From Chiloscyllium plagiosum (lineage: Eukaryota), in assembly GCF_004010195.1 (NCBI RefSeq), contig NC_057755.1, forward strand, positions 3,294,692 through 3,345,308: 50,617 nucleotides of DNA, given 5' to 3'. Of the stretch, positions 37,033 to 48,764 are shown one piece after another. A program made the position numbers and the translations under genes. Under the pieces are notes generated by a model. The model made no database searches, was not told where the DNA came from, and worked only from the letters and a program-made list of their open reading frames with translations. How positions within the stretch are numbered: the first letter of the stretch is position 1; each line of letters opens with the position of its first letter.

Positions 37033-37128
37033 ACCTAAAAACTTCACGTGTCCCTGGAGACATCCACCGTCTGCGGCGCAGCCTTTCAGAAACGTGCAGC
37101 ATCCGGGTGTTTTATCCGTGGTTGCCAT
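37033..37128 (-). CDS. MS4A: MS4A/CD20-family membrane-spanning protein, first coding exon (MATTDKTPGCCTFLKGCAADGGCLQGHVKFLG)
   Basis: Polypyrimidine tract then CAGCAG acceptor, strong Kozak AGA-ATG-G at 37128, 32 open codons ending KFLG, phase-0 donor GTAAGG. An xKxLG|xxQ junction is typical of MS4A genes. Family-level call only. Confidence 0.8.
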
Positions 37129-37299
37129 TCTGCTGCAACAGAGAGAAAGAGGTATTTGCTCAGCTGTTTATACAAGCAGGAGCCCGCAATCTTTACAACT
37201 GAAGCAAGACCCTTAACCAATTTTGAGCATGCCTAGAAAATGATCCCCACAGCTGTCTGCCAAAGACACTCAACTCTCAGGGAGAAGAAACACCTCTTC

Positions 37300-38760
37300 A
37301 TCTTGGTCGTACATTAACACCCCAATATTCGGAGACTATTCCATTGTCCTAGACATTTAATTTTTGTGTGTGCAACTATAATTCCATGACTGATCAACTT
37401 TAAAATCTGTTTCAGGTGCAACAAAAAATAACTGGACTTTGCTTTCATGTTTTCTGCATCCCACCCACCCTCTCTTCCCAAAAGATGGGTTATGCTTGTC
37501 ATTTTTCAATCTACAGAACCTTTCCAGAATAAAAACAATGGAAATTTTGGAAAATCAACACCAACAGATTGAATACCTCATTAGCAACCTGTTTTAAGAC
37601 TCTAGGATCCACAAATTAGGACCCAACCGGACCCATGAATTTGTAGGCTGCAACTCCCTCAGTCTGCTATCTGTGTGATTGCAACTTCACAAAGTTTATC
37701 TCTCCCTTTCACCTCCTGACATATTGTTATAACTACAACCTTTGTTCATTTAATCCACCACATAATTGTCTATTAACACCCACTCTCACTCTCCAAAGCA
37801 TAAACACTCAATGTACTTTATTCTTTATCTTTTTAAATACCTGTCAAAACGCTTATCATCCATTTTCACATTTCTTGCTAGCTTCCTCTTATATTCTAAT
37901 TTTATCCTCCTGATTAACCTTTCTTTCATTCTGCCATTTTTTATATTCTGACCAATTATGTGACCTGTCACTTACCCTTGCAAGTTTATATGATTTTCCC
38001 TAAAGTTTAAGGGTTTCTTTAACTAACTAGTGATGGTCCTCCCCGAGTATTTTATTTAAAGTAAGAATATATTTATTCTGAAATAAGACTTTACCCTGCA
38101 TCTCACTTGATGTATCCCTAAGCCTAGTAGTATTTCAGTTCATTTCACCTAGCTCAGCTCTCATATCTACGTTTTTGCACCATGTTTAAGCTTATAGTTT
38201 GTTTTACACCCATTCTTCTCCCTTTTAAACAGGATATAAAACTGAATCACTTTTGTGGTTGCTGCTGGAGGTATTAACTAATCCCATCACGTTACGCAAT
38301 ACCAAGTTTAGTACAACCTGCTCCCTCGGTGATTCCAGAACAAGCTGCTCTAAGAATCTCTCTCAAAAGGATTTTATGAATTCCTCTTCCTTGCTACTAC
38401 TGCCAGTTTCTGTGTAGATTAAAGTCACCCATCACTATTGCTGTTCGATATCAAAAGCAAACAATATTTCTTCTTGTACCTCATTGTACTTACTGTTGGA
38501 GTCCTGTGGACTACTCCCACTATTGACTTATTTCTCCTACTATACCTGATCTCCACTTAAACTGAATCTATATGCTGATCTCATGAACTAAAATCATATC
38601 TAACAAATGTCACCTTGATTAACAGCACAACACCTCCACTTTACCCGGCTTCCTATTCTTGAATGTCATGCATTTCTCAACGTTCAAGACTCAATCCTAG
38701 TCAGCCTGCAGCCAGGTCTCCCTATGGCTATCTGATCATATTTATATACAAAGCCATAAG
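37300..38760 (-). mobile_element. Old degenerate CR1-like LINE fragments
   Basis: Weak remnants, e.g. gattaaagtcacccatcact reads VMGDFN (endonuclease motif) on the minus strand. Confidence 0.45.
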
Positions 38761-39494
38761 CAGCATAGGAGACATTTTTCCCCTCACCTAGGAGTTAATA
38801 ATCAGGAAGGGGGCAACTAGGAAGTGAGCAGATTTAAGGTAAACAGCCGAAGGTTGACATTTGAGGAACACTGTTTGCATCAGAAAGTGGGAGAGACCTG
38901 CCTTAAAGGATAGTACAGACAGATACAGCATATTTTATAACTGGCACCTCATGATTCAGCACTCTTGATAAACTCGGCAAAAATTATATACCTGAAATAC
39001 CAGAAGTTTACTGTATTGTTGCAATCTCCGCTGAGGGTATAAGTGAGAAGGCTCTCTGTCAGTAAGTTAAGGCAAAGTTACACTATTATTTAAATGATTT
39101 ATGTTGTGAATAAAGTATAACAGTGATGTGTATACCCTTGCATTATGTTTTCATTACTTAGAATGTGTTCTTATGGTGATTATGTGGACCTCTTAATCGA
39201 CTGGAATATTTAATCAATTGGCATACTCTTGACCCACAGATGCTGGCGTCTCTCAGTGGTATATATGCACTACATAGATTGTTCACTAAATCTTGTAAGA
39301 TCTGTGTTCTCTCTACTATACATAATGTGTAATGTACAAAAACATTGTATATTGGCATCAAATCACACATTATTTCATATTTACACTGGATCTGGTTTGA
39401 TCGTTTGTGCAAAAGGTATGGAAGTGAAATCTTATCCAACAGTTTTACTTTTTTTGGTAAACTTTTAGTTTGAAGGTACCCATAGGAATCATAC

Positions 39495-39570
39495 CTTCGT
39501 TTCCTCTTTCTTTATCCTTCCATGTGGAGTTCTGAGGTCTGTGCTGGGCAGCAACTTCCAAAACCAGAGG
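39495..39570 (-). other. Candidate non-coding 5' exon of the MS4A gene
   Basis: The first coding exon has an acceptor, so an upstream exon is needed. Good donor AAG|GTATGA at 39495/39494 in unique sequence; 5' limit unknown. Confidence 0.3.
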
Positions 39571-39765
39571 TCAGGGGTGGGACTGATGAATGGCACACAT
39601 AGGCCCACATCGTGTCTGGGTACACTGATTGTAACAACTTTCAAAAAGGGAATGAATTAAATAAACCTGTTATCTGACACGTGGTTCAAAGACCCACACA
39701 GGTATACACGCCATGTATGTGACTCTATAACAGCCACATTAATCTCATGAACAGCGTTTTGGTGG

Positions 39766-39940
39766 ATGGTGATACATCTGGAGGAGGAGGAGGAGGAGGA
39801 GGAGGAGGAGGAGATGTCGAGTAAAAAGCCCTTACCGATCACAAAAACGTCAGAGGTGGTAATCAGAGAGGAGACAGGACCTCAGTCACGAGCTGACAGT
39901 TGCAAACCATTCCTGAAACACAAAGGCAAAGCTCAGCAAG
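39766..39940 (+). other. Possible plus-strand exon containing a (GAG)n run (MSSKKPLPITKTSEVVIREETGPQSRADSCKPFLKHKGKAQQ)
   Basis: Open frame after about 11 GAG units, donor-like CAAG|GTCGGT. Its phase (1) does not join the downstream exons identified. Confidence 0.25.
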
Positions 39941-39984
39941 GTCGGTGTTGTTTTCCATCAACACCCTTGTCAAAGCCCACCTAA

Positions 39985-40165
39985 CTCAATACAATCCCTT
40001 CGGGGAGGAAACTTATCGACCCAACCTGGGTTACATGGCATTCCAGACCCACAGAAAGGGAGTTGACCCTTGACTGCCCTCTGAAATGGTCACTTCAAGG
40101 GATACTCATGAATGGTCAAAAATGCTGGCCAGGACAGTGACACCCATATCCCATTAAAGAAGTCA
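39985..40165 (+). mobile_element. Old Deu-SINE/SacSINE1-like fragment
   Basis: ccagacccacag...gttgacccttgactgccctctgaaatgg; mirrors the copy at 560-800. Confidence 0.5.
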
Positions 40166-40885
40166 AATTAAACATTCACAAGCCAGAGTGAAAAAAAAAT
40201 TCTCATCAGTCCAAAATGGTCACTGCAAGATCCTCCACAATCTATCATCCAATGCTACAATATAAAAAAATTTGAAATCAGCATCCCTGACTTTATGACC
40301 AAATCTCTTAACAATATAATCTACTCCAACCATACAAATCTCTCCATCCCTAAACTCCTTCAGTACCTAAAACCCTCCCCATCTGNNNNNNNNNNNNNNN
40401 NNNNNNNNNNNNNNNNNNNNNNNNNNNNNNNNNNNNNNNNNNNNNNNNNNNNNNNNNNNNNNNNNNNNNNNNNNNNNNNNNNNNNNNNNNNNNNNNNNNN
40501 NNNNNNNNNNNNNNNNNNNNNNNNNNNNNNNNNNNNNNNNNNNNNNNNNNNNNNNNNNNNNNNNNNNNNNNNNNNNNNNNNNNNNNNNNNNNNNNNNNNN
40601 NNNNNNNNNNNNNNNNNNNNNNNNNNNNNNNNNNNNNNNNNNNNNNNNNNNNNNNNNNNNNNNNNNNNNNNNNNNNNNNNNNNNNNNNNNNNNNNNNNNN
40701 NNNNNNNNNNNNNNNNNNNNNNNNNNNNNNNNNNNNNNNNNNNNNNNNNNNNNNNNNNNNNNNNNNNNNNNNNNNNNNNNNNNNNNNNNNNNNNNNNNNN
40801 NNNNNNNNNNNNNNNNNNNNNNNNNNNNNNNNNNNNNNNNNNNNNNNNNNNNNNNNNNNNNNNNNNNNNNNNNNNNNNNNNNNNN

Positions 40886-43800
40886 CCTACCTGAGGGAGA
40901 GAGAGAGGCCTACCTGAGGGAGAGAGAGGGACCTACCTGAGGGAGAGAGAGGGACCTACCTGAGGGAGACCTACCTGAGGGAGAGAGAGAGAGGGACCTA
41001 CCTGAGGGAGAGAGAGAAGGACCTACCTGAGCGAGAGAGAGAGGGTCCTACCTGAGGGAGAGAGAGAGGGACCTACCTGACGGAGAGAGGGACCTACCTG
41101 AGGGAGAGAGAGGGACCTACCTGAGGGAGAGAGAGACTTACCTGAGGGAGAGAGAGGGACCTGCCTGAGGGAGAGAGAGGGACCTACCTGAGGGGGGCCT
41201 ACCTGAGGGAGAGAGGGACCTACCTGAGGGAGAGAGAGACCTACCTGAGGGAGAGAGAGAGGGACCTACCTGAGGGGGACCTACCTGAGGGAGAGAGGGA
41301 ACTACCTGAGGGAGAGAGGGACCTACCTGAGGGAGAGGGTGACCTACCTGAGGGGGAGAGAGAGACCTACCTGAGGGAGAGAGAGAGGGACCTACCTGAG
41401 GGGGACCTAACTGAGGGAGAGAGGGACCTACCTGAGGGAGAGAGAGAGGGACCTACCTGAGAGAGAGAGGGACCTACCTGAGGGGGAGAGAGACTCACCT
41501 GAGGGAGAGAGAGGGACCTACCTGAGGGAGAGAGAGGGACCTACCTGAGGCAGAGAGAGACTCACCTGAGGGAGAGAGAGGGACCTACCTGAGGGAGAGG
41601 GGGACCTACCTGAGGGGGCCCTACCTGAGGGGAGAGCGACCTACCTGAGGGAGAGAGAGACTCACCTGAGGGTGAGAGAGGGACCTACCTGAGGGAGAGA
41701 GAGAGGGACCTACCTGAGGGGGAGAGCGACCTACCTGAGGGGGAGAGAGAGACTCACCTGAGGGAGAGAGAGGGACCTACCTGAGGGAGAGAGGGACCTA
41801 GCTGAGGGGGAGAGCGACCTACCTGAGGGAGGGGGAGAGCGACCTACCTGAGGGAGAGAGAGAGACTCACCTGAGGGAGAGAGAGGGACCTACCTGAGGG
41901 AGAGAGAGAGACTCATCTGAGGGAGAGAGAGGGACCTACCTGAGGGAGAGAGTGGGACTCACCTGAGGGAGAGAGGGACCTACCTGAGGGAGAGAGGGAC
42001 CTACCTGAAGGAGAGAGAGAGGAACCTACCTGAGGGAGAGAGAGAGGGACCTACCTGAGGGAGAGAGAGGGACCTACCTGAGGGAGAGAGTGGGACTCAC
42101 CTGAGGGAGAGAGGGACCTACCTGAGGGAGAGAGGGACCTACCTGAAGGAGAGAGAGAGGAACCTACCTGAGGGAGAGAGAGAGGGACCTACCTGAGGGA
42201 GAGAGAGGGACCTACCTGAGGGAGAGAGTGGGACTCACCTGAGGGAGAGAGGGACCTACCTGAGGGAGAGAGGGACCTACCTGAAGGAGAGAGAGAGGAA
42301 CCTACCTGAGGGAGATAGGGACCTACCTGAGGGAGAGAGGGACCTACCTGAGGGGGACCTACCTGAGGGAGAGAGGGACCTATCTGAGGGGGACCTACCT
42401 GAGGGAGAGAGAGGGACCTACCTGAGGGAGAGAGAGGGACCTACCTGAGGGAGAGAGGGACTTATCTGAGAGGGACCTACCTGAGGGAGAGAGAGATACT
42501 TACCTGAGGGAGAGAGGGACCTACCTGAGGGAGAGAGAGAGAGAGACTTACCTGAGGGAGAGAGGGGCTTACCTGAGGGAGAGAGAGGGACTTACCTGAG
42601 GGAGAGAGCGGGACTTACCTGAGGGAGAGAGGGGCTTACCTGAGGGGACCTACCTTAGGGGGACCTACCTGAGGGAGGGAGAGAGAGAGAGAGGGACTTA
42701 CCTGAGGGAGAGAGAGAGGGACCTATCTGAGAGGGACATACCTGAGAGGGACTTACCTGAGGGAGAGAGGGATTTACCTGAGGGAGAGAGAGAGAGAGAC
42801 TTATCTGATAGGAACTTACCCGAGGGGGAGAGAGGGACTTACCTGAGGGAGAGAGGGACTTACCTGAGGGAGAGAGAGAGACTTACTTTCCTGAGGGAGA
42901 GAGAGGGACTTACCTGAGGGAGAGAGAGGGACTTACCTGAGGGAGAGAGGGACTTACTTGAAAGAGACTTCCCTGAGGGAGAGAGGGACTTACCTGAGGG
43001 AGAGAGAGAGACTCACTTGAGGGTGGGAGATTTACCTGAGGGAGAGAGACTTACCTTTGGGAGGGGGACCTAGCCGTGGGAGACAGATCCCCTGAAGGAG
43101 AGAGATTAACCTGAGGGAGAGAGACTTGCCCGTGGGAGGGAGATTTACCTAAAGGAGAGGGATTTACCTGAGGGAAAGGAAGATTTATCTGAAGGAGGAA
43201 GATTTACCTGAAGGAGAGATTTATTTGAAAGGGATTTACTGTGGGGCAAGGGAGTGATTTACTTGAGAGGGAGAGAGTGGATTGTGATTTACCTATTGGA
43301 GGGATAGGGGATGATTTACCTGACATAGGGTCAGGAAGTTTTACCTGAGAGAAAGAGAAGGGAGATATTTTTACCTGAGAGACAGGGATAGATTTGCCTG
43401 ATAGGGACAGGGAGTTTTACTTGAAAGTGAGGGAATCATTTACATGCGAAAGAGGGACAGGGAGTTTTGAGAGAGAGTGGGAGAGATTAACCTGAAAGAC
43501 CTGAGTGAGGATCTTTTATCCGAGAGAGTGAGATTGTCCAGAGAGAGGGTGAAGGGCTTTTGCCTGAAAGAGAGATTTATCTGAGACAGGGAGATTTACC
43601 TGATAAAGAAATTGACTAACTGGAGAGAGATTTTCTGAGGGGAGGGTGTGATTCACCTGCAAGAGAAGCATTGATTGATCTGTGATAGAGAGAGGGAGCA
43701 ATTTATCTATGAGAGAGGGTGTGATTTAACTGAAAAAGATAAGGCAAAATTTATCTGAGAGAGAGAGAGAGATTGTATAATTTATCTGCAAGAGGAAGTA

Positions 43801-46720
43801 GGATTGCCTGAGAGAGAGGTACTTACCTAAACAGGAGGGATTACCTTTGTAGGAGCGCCAGCGAGATTTGCGTCAGAGAAGAATTATCTGTCAGATTGGA
43901 AGAAAAAGCGATTACCCGAGGGGTGTAGGGGGGACAGATATACATTTACCTTTGAAGAGAGGAATCGAGATTTACTTGAGGAAACAGGATATAGACGTTT
44001 ACTTGAGAGCGGGAAGAGTCAGAGATTTACCTGAGAGAGGGTGAGGAAAGGTCATGGAGATTTAGCTGAGAAAGAGGGGATGGTTATACATATTTGACTG
44101 AGAGGAGAAACAACTTAAAAATTTACCTGAGAGAGATAGATGGAGGTAGTTATTTACCAGAAGGAGGGAGAGAGATAGATAGGAATATACCAGAGAGGGA
44201 GGTAGGAAGATAGGGATTTACATGAGATACGGATTCATTGAGAGTGAAGAAAAGCATTTGCATGTGAGAGAGGGATTACCTGAGACAGGACGAGGACGGG
44301 AGGAAGATTACCTGAGAAAGGAATAGGTAGTGAAATAGAGATTGACCTAAAATAAGGGTTACCTGAGGAAGGGAGAGAGGAGGAGAAAGAGGAAAGTTAT
44401 CTGAGAAGGAGGAGGATTACCTGAGACACAGGCAGAAAGGGATTACCTGGGATAGAGGGAGAAGGGCAAAGGCAGCAACAGAGGTAGGGAAAGACCTTGG
44501 CTGAGAGATTGAGGAAGAGAGAGATATCACCAGAGAGGGACACATCATCTGATAGGTCTCTTTGCTCCTCACTATCATCCATAAAAGTGGAAAGCACAGA
44601 GCAATATCACCTGACAGCAAGGAGAAGAGATTGATATCACTTGGGAGTGTGAAGCAGGAGGAGCTATCACCTGAGAGCAAAGAATTGACAGATACATTCA
44701 ATTGATAGTGGAGGAAATAGATGTCAAAGGACCATAGAATTACATCAACTAATAGAATTACATCATCTAATAGCGAACTAGGGGAAGGAAGAGGAAAGGT
44801 ATCACCCACAAGAAGAAAGGTATAATCTGAGACAACAAGAAGGAAAAGGAGAATCAACTGATAGAGATAAGAAAGACCATCTGAGAGAGAGGAGAGACAT
44901 TACCTGAGGAGAACACGGGAGCCAGCACCTGACACACTTAAAAGTAAATCACTTCTTGGAGAGAGAGTGTTACCAGTGACTTGGAATCAGTGGTACCAAT
45001 ACCTGAGGGAGAGAAAGAGCACAGTGCCATCACCTAAGGAATAAATACAGGTAATTCCTTTCTACCTGAAGTGCCACAACCTGAGAAAGACTGTGGTACC
45101 TAGAAGAAGGTGGAATACCTACCCAAGATGGAATAGGCTGCACCAGAGAGCAAGTGAAACACAAAGTGATGCCAACACCTGAAATACATTCAATACAGAG
45201 ATACTTTTACCAGAGAAAAACAGAAGTCAGCATCAGAGAGAGAAACAGTAGTGCCAATATCTGAGACACAGAGGTGCCAATCAACACCTGAATGAGAGAC
45301 GGGATAAAACATAAGCGAGACATAACAAACTTTGATACCAATATCTAAAAGAGATAGAGGAGATCACCTCTGAGAGAGAGAATACTAGATGAAGAAAGTA
45401 GATCAATGGTGACAATAGCTGAGAGTGGAGAAAACACCCATGAGAGGGAAAATACAGTTCAGGAAATATACTTCTGAAGGGGATATTGAACTTGAGAGTG
45501 AAATATACCTGGGACACAAAAACATCCTGGAGCAGAGCTTACGACTAAGGAACACGACAGCATTCAAGGGAGAGGAACGAACATTTGTGAGAGAGGTGAC
45601 GATATCTGCACCCAGAAACACCAGCTGAGATAGAAGGAGAAAGTTGAACTCTTGAGTGGATCTGTCATGTGGGACTGGAGCAAAGACTTGAGAGAGAACT
45701 GAAACAGGTGACAGAGAGAGAAAGTAAGCACTTGGGCAGATATTATAGTGCCTGAGAGACTGAGGAATAACATCTAAGACTGGAACATATCTGTGTAACA
45801 GAGCCTCCAGCATCCCAGACAAAGAGAGTAGAGCATCTCCAGGACGGAAGACACTACAGAGAGAGGACATCTCACTGAAAAGTTGAGGTAGAGGATCAAA
45901 CAGCTAAGACAAAGAAGACACACCAGCTGACAGTGGAGCATTCACAGACACAAGCACAAAACCTGCTACTATGTCTGAGAGGAGGCCATAGAATACCAAT
46001 GAGAACAGCACACAAGCTTTTAGAGGACAAAATAAAGTAAGGCAAAAGTAGTTTACACTATTTCCACCTGATACAATTGTGCACATGTAATAGAGGAACA
46101 CACAGCAGTTGTGGGAGGAGAGTGAGTAATTGAGAGTAGGGGGAAATACATTTGAGAGAAGAGTATATAACTGAAAAGCAAAACAATACAGCAACGGAGA
46201 GAGGTAGGAAACTCCATACGAGGAAACAGCAATTTTAAAAGATTTGAGAATCCATGAAAGGAAAATGTAGCAGAGAAAGCTATAGATAATACCTGAGAAG
46301 TGTATGCACACGTGAAAGAATACTTGAGAGGCAACACATATCTAAAGGAGTGACATCTACATAAGAACATGGTAAATGCTGAGGGAGGGATATAAACCTG
46401 AGAGTGATATAGACCCAAGCAGAAATATATACTGTTTGAAAGTGATACTGCCTGAAGGACTGATATATGCCCGAGTGTGTGATTTACAACTGAAGGGGGG
46501 ATATCCATTTGAAGCCATAACAGATACCTGAAAGAGTAATATATTCATCTGAGAAAGCCAGATATACTAGAGAGGCATCTGAGAAGCACATATTCCTCCA
46601 CAATAGTGATATACACCTGACAGAGTGATATACAACATCTCAAGCTGATATACAACTCATGGAACAGTGATATAACACTAAAGGTGACATATAACACTTG
46701 ACTAAGTGATATACAACATT
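40886..46720. repeat. ~6 kb purine-rich tandem array, core gacYYACCTGAG(GA)n, degenerating rightwards
   Basis: Roughly 100 clear 15-27 bp units up to ~43100, then increasingly diverged ACCTGA-cored units; 138-bp higher-order repeat at 41952, 42090 and 42228. Confidence 0.9.
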
Positions 46721-46790
46721 TGAAAACTAATTATATAGCAGCTGAGAAAGGAGAAGATCCAAGAGAGAGAGTGAATATACCCAAGATAAG

Positions 46791-46840
46791 ATGATGGACC
46801 AAAAGGAGGACATCAGTGATCAAGAAGATTCAAGCTCTGA
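46791..46840 (+). CDS. Putative first coding exon of an unidentified plus-strand gene (MMDQKEDISDQEDSSS)
   Basis: ATG with upstream in-frame TGA at 46743; donor GA|GTAAGT is phase 2, matching the next exon. Confidence 0.55.
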
Positions 46841-47110
46841 GTAAGTGGTAATTGGGCAAGTCAAACATTTCAAGTATACCAATGCCATTCAGTGTGTGAT
46901 GTGTTACCAATATTAATAAGCAAGATGTTGCATGTTCTGCAAGATGATGTATAAAAGTCTTGTTGAGCTTGTACTTTCAAGTGAGGTTATCTTGAGCAAA
47001 CTGTTATTTTCTGTTAAAGCACAATTCTGTGAAGATTAACTTCATTTAGATGCAGCATAGGAAAGTTTATTTTTAAACTTGTGGCCTTTTCTTTTAAAAT
47101 AATTTTACAG

Positions 47111-47246
47111 TGTGGAGGATCCAACTGCAGGCAACTGGACCCATGACACTCCACCACAAACCACAGAGAGTGCTGGGACAATGCAAAGCCTTAATGCTGA
47201 CCCTGCAGTGCCACCTTCACCCAAGCCACAGCATCTAACATTCAAT
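47111..47246 (+). CDS. Putative exon of plus-strand gene (D-VEDPTAGNWTHDTPPQTTESAGTMQSLNADPAVPPSPKPQHLTFN)
   Basis: Acceptor ttttacAG, donor AAT|GTAAGT, 136 bp, open in phase 2 to 0. Confidence 0.65.
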
Positions 47247-47639
47247 GTAAGTATATGAAATAAGACAGAAATTATGTCCTTTAACCTGCAGATGGATTGT
47301 TGAACCTTGCTGCATGATCGCACAGCATTAGGCATCTTCTCACTAATCCTTCTTCCAACTCATACATCCCTCCGCCCCATGTCAGCCCCCTGCCTTGCTC
47401 ATTCTCTGTATGTTAGCGATGATGATGTAATATCCTTAACTCCCATCAAATCCTACTTACCCATGTTTGCTATCCTCCATTGGCTTCTGGTCCAGCATTT
47501 TAAAAAGCTCATTCTTTTCTTAAAATTCTTTCATCATCATACCCATCCCTCTCTCTGTAACTCCAGCCCTGTAATACTTCAAAATCTGCACTGTCCTTCA
47601 ATTCTATGATAATCCTGTTCCCATCATTGGCACTTATAT

Positions 47640-48270
47640 ATTCAAGGAGAGATAAGCTAGAGGAGGGTGGGGGTGGGGAGAAAGTAGCATAGAGTAAGCA
47701 AATGTGGCTGTGGTAGCGAGTTTGTTTCACGACATGGTTGAAGAGCTTCAGGGCAGAGGAAATGACCTGGGAGTTGCAGTGAGAGAGGGACTCCCTGAGA
47801 TTCTTGTAGAGAGAGGAGGAAAACTTCTTCAAGGCAGGTATCCTTGCAAGAGGATTCGCAGTAGGGTTAAAATCAACGAGGTAAAAACAATGCCTGCAGA
47901 TGCTGGAAACCAGATTCTGGATTAGTGGTGCTGGAAGAGCACAGCAGTTCAGGCAGCATCCAAGGTGCAGCGCAATCGACGTTTCGGGCAAAAGCCCTTT
48001 ATCAGGAATAAAGGCAGTGAGTCTAAAACGTGGAGAGATAAGCTAGAGGAGGGTGGGGGTGGGGAGAAAGTAGCATAGAGTAAGCAGGGTGCACGACGTG
48101 GTTGAAGAGCTTCAGGGCAGAGGAAATGACCTGGGAGTTGCAGTGAGAGAGAGACTCCCTGAGATTCTTATTTTACTGCTCCTTGAATGCTGCCTGAGCT
48201 GCTGTGCTCTTCCAGCACCACTGATCCAGAATCTGGTTTCCAGCATCTGCAGTCATTGTTTTTACCTCAC
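47640..48270. mobile_element. Rearranged Penelope-like element end with direct and inverted terminal copies
   Basis: Segments ~47646-47700 and ~47730-47806 repeated at ~48032-48168; arm 47879-47960 inverted at 48190-48266. Confidence 0.8.
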
Positions 48271-48764
48271 TTATATATTCAACTCTCTTGATCCTAGGCA
48301 TAGAGTTTCCTGTTTCAAACCTCTTCCTCTCACTCTGTGTCTCCTTTATGAAAGCTCTGTTTGATCAAACTTTATTTTTTTTTATGTGACATGGTGATTC
48401 CTTGTTTCACCTGGGATGTTTTACCACGTTATTGCTGCTTGTTACTTTTTTACTTGTATGGCTGGTGCCCACAGAGCATGCCCTGAAATTTGTCCAACTT
48501 GGATGCTCTATGGAGTAAACAGCAAGCCGAAGTTAACAGGTATCTGCTCTAATCTTCATGTTGAGAATTCTTGACTTTTAGTTCGTTTACAGCGGGTGCT
48601 ATGACAGAAAGCTGCATATTAATGAGGTGAGATCTGCAGTTAATAAGGTAGTTAGCAAGGAATAATTCCCTATAACTCACTGCTGCCGACCGAGAATGAT
48701 GTCTCAATGCCTGGAACTTAGTTAAAAGATGCAATGTGTTGTTCTATGTCAAGGTAGGTCTCGC

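Noticed and set aside
42496..42506. U1 snRNA gene
   Set aside because: Only the first 11 nt match; no U1 body, Sm site or PSE.
44397..46548. Hydrophobic minus-strand ORFs resembling membrane proteins
   Set aside because: Leu/Ser/Phe richness follows from the pyrimidine-rich strand of the degenerate array.
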